Of a stretch of DNA of 64,000 nt, positions 1 to 12,185 are shown piece by piece. The notes beneath the pieces were generated by a model. That model had not been told where the DNA came from. It saw only the letters and a list, made by a program, of their open reading frames with translations, and searched no databases. The DNA is taken from the NCBI GenBank assembly GCA_002189035.1, contig NEEC01000016.1, positions 2,232,001 to 2,296,000 of the forward strand, given 5' to 3'. The stretch's first letter is position 1. Every line of letters starts with the position of its first letter. Made by a program: the position numbers and the translations under genes. The stretch comes from Utricularia gibba (lineage: Eukaryota; Plantae; Magnoliophyta).

Positions 1-1097
1 ATACAATTATGAGCATAGTGATTAGGATCGAACTCAAGGAGTTGGTGCTTATTATGTGAAAATCAATGCATTCAGTAGATGTCATGATTAAGAGATTTAG
101 TTTGAGCTTTCTTAATAACATGCAGGAAGGCAGTAAACTAGTAAAAATGAAACTTTATTTGGAATGAGATCAGGTGATGCATTGGGACTTTAAGGGGATG
201 CATGTTTATCTCTAAAACACTCTCACCTAAATTACAAATCAAACATCTAATAAACAAAGTCTAGGTCAACCCGAACTCTTGTTTTCTCCCTAATCTTTGG
301 TTTACCTCTAATTAGGGATGTTAAGATGAGTTTCACTATTCCTCCCTCCTATATGTATCCTGATTTGTTGAGGAAGTTGTGTGATTTATGGTTAACAAGG
401 TTTAAGGATTAATTAGCACACTACTCCCCTTTACCTTAAGGCACCCCTAAATGCTTAGCCACTCATGCTTACGATTAATGCAAATAGAACATAAAACATC
501 ATCCATGTTGTACTCATGTCAAAATTCAATAATTAGAAAACAAATAAGCATGGATTGTAAAAAGTCCAACAGAAAACTAAAACTATCGCAAGCTACTCTT
601 AGTTGAGGATAATATTCTTCGTAAACAAAAGACAGTCTTCAGACATGAGCTCTGTTCCTTGAATGTCTTCTTCATTGTTCTTCATGTTAGTTCTTGTGAG
701 TTTTTTCCAGAATTCCCCCCTTCTAGTGTGTGGCTCGTTCTCCAATGGAGAGATCTTCTTTTTCTCTCTTCATCTTGTCTCATTTTGTGTCCAAAATCCT
801 CCTTTCTTCTCTCCTTGGATTTTGTGTCATTCTTTTCAACATTTGGTCTCATCCTCTGCCAGTTCATTGTTTATATTTGGCTTCTTGGAATTTGGGTTGC
901 TGACATATGTTGCATTGGTTAAGGAAACTATTAGGATCAAGGTTGGGACTAAATTTACAATTTAATCCCAACTAGGAATAAAAGTTACAAATGTAATATT
1001 ATTCACAAAAAAACATACAAATAAATAATAAGACTTGAATTTTGTAGCACAATATGACTCATTTTCCTACACTCAAATACTTAAAAATGTGTTATCA
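1..1097 (-). mobile_element. Athila-like LTR family A, 3' LTR of a minus-strand element (runs off the window start)
   Basis: On the minus strand it starts TGATAACAC at 1097 and aligns by eye with the LTR at 54488-55638 (shared blocks such as CATGAGTGGCTAAGCA(C/T)TTAGGGG(GG)TGCCTT). It is preceded on the minus strand by CTTGAGAACAAGTCT, an Athila-type 3' motif. Confidence 0.8.
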
Positions 1098-2136
1098 CAT
1101 TATGCTACAACGACATTAGACTTGTTCTCAAGTCCTAACTAAGACTAACAAGGGCTAAGCAATTGAGGGATTTCCAAACAGAGATATTGGCACTCAACCC
1201 TTCAGCTAAAATGTATGAATTAAGAGTGTGTAAGTGTGCATGTCGGGTTGTCACTCAAGCATATATGATAGTTTCATCAAGAAGAGTGCTTTTGAAGATT
1301 AAATAGGCAAGTATGACACATTTTGACACTTTAAAAGGGCTACTGGTTGCTAACGTTTCTTCCTTCTTCCTTTCTCTTCTTTTTCATTTTTCATCATCAT
1401 TTCTTTTCTCTTTTTTTTCTTCAGAGATTGAGATAGGAGGAAGGTGTGGTTTTGCTCAGATCAATGTTGTTTCTTTTACCTTAAATGCGGAGTGTGGGCT
1501 AAGCACTCCCTTCATTGCTCCTCCTGGAAATTCTCCTGCTCCTCTGAGTTATCCCACAACTTCCTTTCTCTCGTTGCTCTGCTGTCTACACATGCTCTTT
1601 TGTTGTGTGTTGCTTCTCAAGACTAGGGTCTCATCATCTTTTAGGTGATGATGCTTTTGTGACCCCATAATCTTATGAACTTTCATTTCTTAGACAATTA
1701 GTATCCCATCAAAGAACATTGCATACCAAGTTGCATAAGAAAATCTTGAATGCACTAATTTAACTACATTGAACATGCTGCCATCGCATGAAAGTGATCA
1801 AGGTAAAACATATGCTCATGGGTGTATAAAAAGATTATAACAGAATTCATGCATTTTGTGCATCATGGAAGAGTGTCACATTCTTGTAAGAAAATTCCCC
1901 AATAGTACACAAAATGCTCATGTTCATATTACCTATCTACTAACTTGTTCCTAAGTTAGACTAATGCCATAAAATAAAAAAAATAGAAATATAAATAAAA
2001 ATAAAAATAAAACCAAGGCAATGCAGCGATGTTACTTGATTAGGGAGGAGCCCTTCACTCCATGTTTCAACTCTTTTACCTCTCGCAACAAAACCCTAAG
2101 CCTATCATACACCATGTCAATTCTTTCCTTGCAACA

Positions 2137-3730
2137 TCAGTCCTTTCTGTCCTTCGCTTTGTATGGTCCTTGTTGAGAGGTCCCTGTTTTTGCTTTCTGT
2201 GTAGGCAAACTATTGTAAAGTCCTGCAAAAGATCTAAACACAAAACTACTCCCCCTAGCTTGGATCAATCCAACTGTTTTAAGAAAGTCAGCATTTAAAG
2301 GGAATATTTTCGTCTCCACATAAAAATATTCTAGCTCAGAAATTCGATCAACACACAGTCTTTGAGCAAGGAGAGTAATGACATTAACAAATCCAAGATG
2401 ATTGATGGTGTTTCGCCTATAGTTTCTGTTCATTTGCTCTACGAAAATTGCCACCAAATTCAATGATTTCTTGTGCAACAAACACCACATAGCGAGCAAT
2501 TCACGTTTATACAAGGCATTAAATCCTAGGTCTCTTCCAAATAGTACATCATAAATCAATAAATGGACATATCGTGTAACATGTTCTGTGAATAAGTCAG
2601 CTTTCGTGCCATTTGGTTTAAATTCTATAACACGGTAATCAATTAATACCCCATACACTTTCTCAGCATCAAAATCCTCAGGATAATCAAACAAGAAAGT
2701 GGCAAATGCATGCAAGTCAACATGCTGCTCAGAACATAGGAAGGTTAATTCATGTCACACAAAATAAGCATCCCAGAGTTTTCTTGTAGCGAATAGAGAT
2801 CAGTAACTATTCCCAATTCTACCAATATCTCATAATCAATGACACGGAAAGGCATCATCTTTGTCCCTTTTATCTCATTATACCTGGTGGTGAACTCTTC
2901 ATCATCAAATTGAATGTGTTTCAAGTTTAGTATTTCTGCATGCTGCTTGAAGTAGGGGATGCCATTGCTGGTCATTTTCCATTGCAATTTCCCTTTCTCT
3001 TCCTCTTCGTGTCTACTTGAACTCAAAAACAGCAGGACAAGGTTGGGTAAAAATTTTTCTCTTTTTGCTTGTACTTGTTTCTACTCACCAGCACTTTTCT
3101 CTGATTCCCCTACTTCTAGTTAAGGTTCCTTTTTCTTCCTAGTCCTACTCCTAGTTCTCTTTGCAATAAGATTTTTGTCACTTTCTTCCTCCTTTGCTCT
3201 TGTAGTAGTATCTGTGGCTGGCTCTTTCTCTCCTTTTGAAACTTGTTCTATCTCACCAATCTCTGCTTCCATTCCCTCAATTTCTTTGTTTTATGAGGCT
3301 TTTTCAATCTCCGCTGCTACATTTTCAGCCTCTTTTTCCACTTCTGCCACTATGTTTCTAGTTACTGGCTGTTTGGTATTTTCTTTCTCTTTCTTTTGAG
3401 CCTTTCTCCCGTTCTTCTTTTTCTGATACAAAATCTTGGTTGGCTCAAAAGGTGCTTCTTCACCAACCGATTTCACCTTCCCTTTGTAACTCCTTCCTTC
3501 AATTTTTGTTGAAGGTCAGAGCTATTGCATGCTTTCAATCGTGGACTCCTTTGTTCTACCACAACAAGCTCCTCTGTTCCTTGAGAGAGAGTTTTGCCCA
3601 GACGTGTAGCATGTAGAAGAGCGTCCACCCCTTAAAATTGTTCTTCCTCAACATTCATCACCTTGTGTTGCTCCTGGTTTGAAATAACAATAGCTTCCTT
3701 CTTGGTTTTGAGTAGTTATAAGTTAAATAA
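2137..3730 (-). pseudogene. Athila-type env-like/extra ORF, frameshifted (K/E-rich N-terminus plus putative plant transposon protein-like domain)
   Basis: ORF pieces 3291-3476, 2745-3026 and 2137-2715 lie just upstream of the 3' LTR. They include RYVHLLIYDVLFGRDLGFNALYKRELLAMWCLLHKKSLNLVAIFVEQM...HLGFVNVITLLAQRL, which resembles Athila env-like ORFs. Confidence 0.65.
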
Positions 3731-3879
3731 TTCCATCAATCAATTCAAAAAAAGATGAACACAAAAAATCAAATTTTCAAATTTTCACTCCTTTATCTAG
3801 ACTTGGGATTGATAGTGATTATCATTGGCGGAGTTAAAATTTTTTGTTAAGGATAACAAAGAAAGAATAAACACAACAA

Positions 3880-4290
3880 TACATATTAATCAACAACTTC
3901 TACCTCTTCATCCACTTCTTCATCATCCTCGTCACTTGTTATCAAGTTTTGTAACTTTTGTTCAGCTTACAACCAATTCTTTAAGCATACACAAACCTCC
4001 AAAGTTTTTGGGCTAAACATGATCTCTTCGATGTAAGAACTCTTCTACTAGCACTGAAAGTGCTCTCTGAAGCAAACGTTGAAGCTCAAGGTGTGAGAAT
4101 ATCCTTGGCAACGTGTGACAAATTTGGATAAAGGGAGGATTGATTTTTCCACCGATCAAGTATATTGAAGTTATCCCCTTATTGCCATGTAGTTGATGCA
4201 TTGCATTATACAATGCAACCCCACTAGCTCTTGTTCCCATGCTAGAAACCACATTTTTCATGTACATTTTTGACAATTTAGCTTCCGTGC
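3880..4290 (-). mobile_element. hAT transposase C-terminal dimerisation-domain fragment
   Basis: The minus-strand frame (not in the ORF track) reads FNILDRWKNQSSLYPNLSHVAKDILTP*ASTFASESTFSASRRVLTSKRSCL. This matches the hAT xxILxWWK...YPxLSxxAKDILxxPASTVASESAFS motif. Confidence 0.8.
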
Positions 4291-4532
4291 CTTTTCACCT
4301 TCCAAAATGCCTCCAATAAATACCCCCTTTCACTCTAATTTGCCATCCAATATCGTCGCTATCCTACTGAAAACTGCAGATTCACTAGGTAAGCCTCTTC
4401 TTTCGGTTCTTTTTCTATGCTTCCTTCTTGGATTCCCTATGTTTTGATCTGTTTTTCTTGGACCCCTTTTTGTTTGGAGAGCTTTTCTTTACTTTTCTGA
4501 ACTTTCTCAATTTTTCAATTTTTTCACCCAAA

Positions 4533-6700
4533 ATGGGTAGAAAATCAAGCAAATTAGATATTTGGTCTATCTTCTCTTGGTACTTGGTCCATGATGAATA
4601 CACCATTTTTAGAGCCACAAATGGGGAAGTTTCATGGGGGTCGGTGGTCGACACCTTCCTCCCTTCAATCTACCGATTCCCATTACATACTTCAAAAGCG
4701 AACTTAGGTTCCCTATGCATTCCATGCTTGTATGATTTCTCCTTGTTTTTGGGGTCCCTATTTATTGTTTGGCCTTGAATTCAATTTTCTATTTCACTAT
4801 GTTCCTATGTTGTAATTCGTGACTTGATGCATCTTTCTCCTTATACAACTTCGTAAAGTTTTTTTAAGATGCAACTCGAAGGGCAAAACTGGCCATGGAA
4901 GGGTTCTCACACTTTCAACCATGACTGGTGGTCACCCTTTGTTTGGATTGCCCCTCTAGTAGGTGCTAGGTGGAATTTTCGTGTTTTCCCCCTAGTTTCT
5001 TTAATGATAAAAATCTTAGGTCTTTCTTGGACATTTTTTTAACTGAGCGGGAGCGAATATATCAAAGATTCAATGAGAGCAATTTCCGGAATGACTCTCC
5101 TTCCTCTACGCTTACGAATGTTGCCCTCATTCGTTCCAATATTATTGATCGGCATACAATAATTACTGGAAAGATTTCATTTTTTCTGAAACCGTTTGAC
5201 ATTGAATCCTCGGTGGTCAACTCTTCCCCTTCCCAAATGCTAGTGCATCTTGCAGCACATTCTGAGCCTTCTTCACCCATTCTTGAATCTCCTCCTCAGC
5301 CTCAAACTTCCAAAAAAAGGGGAAGGGTTAAAGTTTGTGCCTCCAAACCCTCCAGAAAATAGAAACGTAGCTAGGTTTATTTCATTCAGTTTAGCCAATA
5401 TTTAAGACTCAATTGAGTCTGGCTTTGGCCTTGTAGTTGACAAAATGGCATGATCGCAAGCCCTCTGGATCGTTGCAAGAGCTCTTATGATTGTCACGAT
5501 GCACTAAGCACATGAATCGGGAACGCATCCAATTGAGGTAATCCCCTTTTCTTACCGATTTGGTTTTCTTCCCTTAGAGTTTCATTTGAGTTCGAGCCTG
5601 ATGCGGCCTACTCTTTCTTGAAGGATACCGATGTAGCTAAGACTTTGACAGCAGAACTGTCGATTCAGAATCCTCTAGTTGTACTGGACATCTTAGCCAC
5701 CTCGAAGGAGAAGACGCCTTTTCCTTTCAACTTCAACTTTATTACATCCCCTTTGCCAACTTTGAAGCTTCCAATCGCATCAGTTGCCACCTTGGATAAG
5801 CCATCCACTTTGGCGAATCCCTCTTATGTTGTCAAGGACTCCCTTGATCCTCCAACTGAAGTTCCTTCCGAATTCCAGGCAATGCTGGATAGTTCTATCT
5901 CCCACTCTCCATGTTTCCCACAGTGGGTGGATACTCGAGGATTTGTAAAAGGTATGATCTCGTTTTCTGAAATTTCTTCATCCTCCTTCTCTAGTATACG
6001 AATTACGTTTCAAGGGTTACTCTAGAGGTAGCAAGCCACTCAAGAGAATGAGTCCCTTTTGGAGAAGATTGCGGAGCTTTAGTCAAAGCTGGGTGAGTCT
6101 CTAACTATCATTGTGGATGGGGATATTAAGATCAAATAGCTGAAGGATGAGGAGGCTTCGTTGAAGACAATGTTAGACAAGATGACTCGTTAAGAAGAAG
6201 AGCATGAGGGCATGATTGCTGAGTGGGAGAAGGTTGTCGATGCTGCCAAACTCAAGAAGGGAAATTATTAATCTAAGCATGAATCAGCTGACTCGTCTCT
6301 TCATCGGCATATCACTCAAAATGTCGAGATGGAAGCCGAGATACGTAACTTGGAATCAGTCTACCGAGAACAGCTAGATAATTTTGTACTCTCTAGTTGT
6401 TTTTCAGAGCTTGCTGGATAATTCAATGAAGAGCTAATCGGCCTGGTAATGTATTATCAACTATGCCAAACCGCTCAAGTGTTTGATATTTTGGTCTCAT
6501 ATCCCCGATGGGTTTAGGTGAATCCTTTGCAGCAAGACGAACACATGAAGGATGATCCCTTGGACTCGGTGGATGATCCAGAATTAGGATTTGAGGCCGA
6601 TTTGGAGCATATGGGGCCCTTGTTCGGTAGAGAGTGAAGCAGGAGAATGCGGTGAAGATGGCCACAAAATCAAGCAACACGATGGAGCTTATACTCAGCC
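4533..6700 (+). pseudogene. Antisense additional ORF of Tat element 1 (Transposase_28/PF04195-like N-terminus, S/P-rich middle, coiled-coil C-terminus), disrupted
   Basis: Starts MGRKSSKLDIW...SIYRFPLHTSKANL at 4533 (xLRFPLH-like). A heptad-rich region follows at 6060-6400, then DNFVLSSCFSEL...ELIGL...VNPL...PELGFEAD, homologous to the minus-strand ORF at 63.6-64.0 kb. Confidence 0.65.
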
Positions 6701-9700
6701 TTTGCTACGAGCATTCCCTTATAAACATTTCAATTATTGTGATACTCGTTTTTGTCTTGTTTTGGGATTTTACATTTACTAGACCCTGATTTTGGGCATT
6801 TAGCTCTCATTTTTTCGTCTTTCATATATATTTTTCTGCTATCACCAACATCCTATTGGGCTTTTTGCCTAAGTGGGGTTTCTCGTACATGTGAAACCGC
6901 TGCTAGGTAGGGATGGACTAGCACCTCTCATAGTTAGTATCCCTCCCCCAATTCGAAAAGGCCCTCTTTTGGCTAACACCTGCATTTCACATACAATCAG
7001 GCTTGCTATAGGTGCACTTACCAACCTAGGATTCCGTAGGAGATCTCATTCTTTGGTCTTGATTTTGGACTTATGCAAATGGCTATGTGAACCGGTGCTT
7101 GACTTGCTTTTGCACGTGGAATGTATGGGTTTAAGTTTAAGGATAACATCATTCTGCTAGGATCTTCATATATTTTTCTCTCCCTTAAATCAGAGGAATT
7201 GTTGCATGTGTGATGCATGATGTAAAATATTCCACTTCCACAAGACGAAAATCCAAATCTATGAGTAGAAAATAGAGATCCGTGAATAAAGTGCTGAAAT
7301 CCATAGTAATTCATCCATTTTTCATACGAAAGATTAGTTACACATAAAACTTCCAAAAATGTGTGGCATTCCAAGATTGTGGGAGTCCCACTCTATTCAA
7401 TTGTTCCAACCGATATGCTCCTCCACCAAGTACCTTCCAAATTCGGTAATGACCTTCCCAATTGCACTCCAACTTTTCAACATGCCTTTAAGGCTGTGTG
7501 CTCCATATCACTAGATTCCCTTCTGAAAACTTCCTAGGTCTGATTAATTTGTGGTAACCTTTCTCTATTTTTTTTTTGATAAGCACATAGTCCAGTGTAA
7601 ATATTTTGCCTTCTCTCTTCCTAGTAGTTCCAGTTCCAATCTTTGCAACTCATCATTATTTACCTCATCATAATGCTCAATCCAGTAACTTTTCATTGTT
7701 AATTCCACTAGGTACACTACCTTCGACCAATACACAAGCGAGAATGGAGACTCGGTTGTTGTGGTTCTTGGGGTTGTGTGATATGACCAATCAACTCATC
7801 TAGCCGATCCACCCATGATCCACCAAAATCTTCCAATTTAGTCTTCATATCTCTCCTGAGAGTTCGATTGATGACTTTCATTAAAACATTACTTTGTGGG
7901 TGGTATGCTGATGTTAAGTTATGTCTGACCAAATATCTCTCCAAGAAAGCATCCATTTTGCCTCCTAAAAAATTGAGTTCCGTTATCTATCACTAGTTCT
8001 TGGGCTACCCCGAATTGGATAAGGATATTTCTTTAGATGAATTTGATAACTGCCCTTTCAGAGATCTTGGCTACCACTTTAGCCCACCCACTTGGAAAAG
8101 CACTCATTCACTACTATCACAAACTTCCTTTATCTTGATGTACGAAGGAATGATCTCATGATATCTACTCTCCCTTGATCAAATAGGCACGATAGCGCCA
8201 GGATTGTCAACTCATTCACTAGTTTTCTAGGCACATTTGCATGGTATTGGCACACATTGTATTTTTTTTCTTAAATCAATAATGTCTTGCTTTATAGTTG
8301 GCAATAATATCCACTGTTCAATACTTTGCAACATAGGGATCAGCCACCAGTATCATTTCCACATTCGCTTTTGATGTAAATCAGTAATGAGATCTTGGGA
8401 TTGCTCACTCTCACGGCACCTCAACAAAGGTCCATCAAAAGACTTCTTGTACAAAGTTCTGTCAACTACAACGTATCGCTTGGATTGGGCCTCTAACTTA
8501 TGTGCTTCCAACTTATCAGTCTATTTTCCCCCAGCCTAAAAATACATAATGTAGGAATCCATCCATCCCATAGGAGGGTTAAGTTGTGGGGAAATATCAT
8601 TTGTTGGTCGATGGGATATGTGATTAATAGCTTGTAGCACCATATAAGGTTGATCTCGAAATCAAATTACCACACTTCCTTCTTTGAGTTCTTGGAATTC
8701 AGCTGCAAATCAAGCTAGGCTATCAGCAAATATGTTTTGTTCCCAAGCCACATGAGATAACATAAACTCTTTAAAGGATTTTGACAATTCTTTCACTTTC
8801 CTAAAATACAGGGCTATTAAAGGATCGTGAGTCTCAAATTCTCTAGAGAACTGCCCCTGTACTAATCATGAATTGGTGTAGATGCCAAACTTGGTGACCT
8901 CAATCTCCTTGGCCATTTTCATTCACTCAATCAACTTCATATTCGGCTATATTATTGGTAGTCGGAAATTGGAATTTCACGGTAAGGTAAATATGGTCTC
9001 CACCTAGAGTTTTGATATCTATTCCATCTTCAGTCCCATTGTAGGTTGATCACTCGAAAGATACTTTTTCAATTTTCAAAAGGCAATTAGGCAATCATCG
9101 TTCCATTCGAGTATATTCCCCTTCCATAGGACCTTGAAATCAATTAAGAACGGCTTGCTTCGCAATAAAACTTTGATATTCCTTAACTTCCTATAGAGGT
9201 TTCATTTCGCATATCATCTTCTCTTTCTCGGAATCGGCTTCAATACCTCTTTCTCAGATGTAGTATCCATGGAATTTTTTGCTTCGTATGCAAAACCAGT
9301 ATTTGAGCGGGTTTAGTTTGAGCCCATATAATCGGCAAAAAGAAAAACAAGAATCCAAATAGCCTAATGATCATGTTCATTCATTAGATTGACAATTATA
9401 TTATCCAAATACACCTCCATGGATTTTTTTATTTCACTAGGAAAAACTCTACTCACCAGCGTTCTTCAACTCGAATGATATGGCCATGTAGCATTAGACC
9501 TCATCCTTCATGTAGAAAGTGGATTTAGTTTGATCCTTTTCGACGACGAAAATCTAGTGATAGTCAAAATATGCATCCATTGTGCTCATAAATTTAGAAC
9601 CTGAGATGGTGTCCAGCAACTTATTGATCTTGGGAAGTGGGCAAGTATCTCTTTCCCAACAGGTGTTAAGGTCAGTGAAGTCCACACACATTCTTCATTT

Positions 9701-10810
9701 CCCTCCTGATTTTAGGACAATGACAAGATTAGCCACCCACCCCGAATACTAGATCTTGTGCACATAACCACTATGCAATAGCTCTTGGGTTTTTTCATTG
9801 ATGATTCAATATTTTTCTTCGAAAAAATGCTTATGTCAAACCAGTTGGGCTCCTAGGTAGGTATTGATGTGATATTATGTGAGCATGGTAAATCCCTACC
9901 AAATCTGTGAAAGTCCAAGAAAAAATATCATTATTCTTTTTCAAAATTCAATCAACTTCCCTTCAAAAGTGACATCCAAATCCGTGCTGATTTGGGTAAC
10001 TTTCTGTGGATTTTTTTAGAGCAAGGATGTCGTCATGACAATACATAACAAGATCGGGCCGTTGTCTAATCAATATCCAATGTGCAGATTCCCTTTGAGG
10101 TTGAGAACTTGATCTTGAGGTGTATCGTTGAGAGGATCATACCAAATTGGTTGGTCCCTAGATGGCCAAGAATGATGCTGTATGAGACTTCTAAACCTAG
10201 GATCAGGAAATTCTAGTTTTTTGGTTTGGCTTTGTCTAGCAGTGCCAAATGTCATAGGCATTGTTATTTTTCTGATTTTCTATACCGCTCGTTGGTCCAA
10301 AGTGTATAGCTCCATATTGATCCGACAACCTTCGAAGATTCCAACAACTCGTCAACTTCCTTCCTCATTATATTTCAGGAGGACCCTTAATCAATTAGAA
10401 TCTTCATTACCTTAGTGCTTCCACATATTCCTGCCACTATGAAAGGCCTACCTCATGCAAAAGGCCCAGCTGAAACATCTTTCATGCCAAAATTAATTTC
10501 TTCCTCCTCCCATGCAGCTCTTTCAGGCTGATTTCTTCTAGTCTCTAAGACTTCTGCTCTTCTCGCTTCATCCAGATACCTTTTCCTATCATTTGCTAAC
10601 TCGTCAACTTCGGTTCCTCCTGAAACGGCATAGATTTCTTGAGTATAGTGTGAGCTATTCTGCATGTGGTTAGCATCTCGTGAGGTTTCCAGTTTGCCTG
10701 CTCTTCTCAATATTCTTGTTTCCCTAAGGCTTGTGAGGAAACTTAGAATATTGATTCCCACCACCAGCTCTTGCGTAGTTTTGTCGTCCCCACTTTTGCC
10801 CAAATCAAGT

Positions 10811-12185
10811 TGATGACACACATTTTCTCAGAATTTTATAATACAAAATGGTTATATTTTATTGAGGTTTAGGTTAGGTAAATGTAGTTTTTCATGTTTA
10901 TGTGATGTTTATGTTAATTTTGTGTGATTATGTTAAAAGTGGACCAAATCCTTCGATTCAGTCCACCATCTTTGTGCTAATGTTTGACTAAGTTTAGCAG
11001 GAAGATCAGCAGAAAGATCAGACTCAAAAACGTGTGGGACAAGTAGAAAAGGGCACAACAGCCGAAGAGGGACAAAAAGCATTGTTCTGCCGCCTACAGT
11101 CTACAAGTTCAGGTCGAGAACAGTGCTAATGTCAGGAACAGTGCGTTGGAGTAAAGGGGGGAAGATATTTTTCGAAAAAAGGAGGAGAGAACACGAAGTG
11201 CACGCAAGAGGGCTTCTTCTCCAACGCAAAAAATACCAACCAGAAGAGGAGAAGACTAGCTTCATCCTCAAGAACAACATTAGAGCCCAGTCCAGTGCTA
11301 CTGTTCCGGGTCGTGAACAGTAGCCACCGAGTAGCAGAACAATCTTCATTTCCTTTTAGTGTTCTGAACATTTCGAGTTTCTGTATTTGACTTGCTTACA
11401 ATGTTTCTGTTATTTTCGCCAAATTATCTGAATGAAATCATGTTTTGTTTTCCAAGTTTTGTTTTCCAAGTATAAGCAGCTAGAACCTTAGGGATGTCGT
11501 AAGGTGAAACATGGTGGAGGTGGTCTAGGATTCTTAGTCATATTTATCATTTTTTCTTAGTTCTTGTTTCTATCATTCAATGGGTAGACCTAAGGAGGGA
11601 AACAAGTAACTTCGCAACTAAGAAGCTTGGTTTAGAGGTAAACCAACAAATCAAGGCGGGCGCAGTAGGTGTTAGTTCGGGATAGAACCAGCAGAAATGA
11701 GTAGACTTAGTTCTATACATTTTGCATGCGGGTAGACCTAATTATGATGTTAGTGATGATATTGGGGACTAACTTACCCGAAAATATGACAAATGACCTA
11801 GGTAGACTTAGGTTATTTGAAGTTGTGAGTGTAGGAACATGATAATTTAAGTTAGAAATTTTAGCACCACACCATCTGCAGATCCTTAAGGCATCTTCGT
11901 GTTATTCTGAGTTAGAACCAGTACTTGTTACCTTTCACATTGAAACCTGATTTCATTTACTAAACTTGCTTGCCACTGCCAGTCCAAGCTTAGACTAAAA
12001 CCCACTGTTATTCCGAATTATGCATTTACTAAAACACTTAGCATTACAAGCTCCTTGTGATCGATTCCGACATCCACTATACAAGTTTTCTAAATTTGTA
12101 TTTTGTGTAGATTAGAAACCATAATTTTTTTTTATACGGAGATTTGCTTTATTTGCAACGACATTGCTAAAATTTCCATTTATCA
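10811..12185 (+). mobile_element. Solo LTR, family C (Athila-like termini), inserted in the Tat gag
   Basis: TGATGACAC...TTTATCA termini flanked by CAAGT/CAAGC (5-bp TSD, one mismatch). Tat gag coding sequence lies on both sides. Homologous to 54264-56811. Confidence 0.85.
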
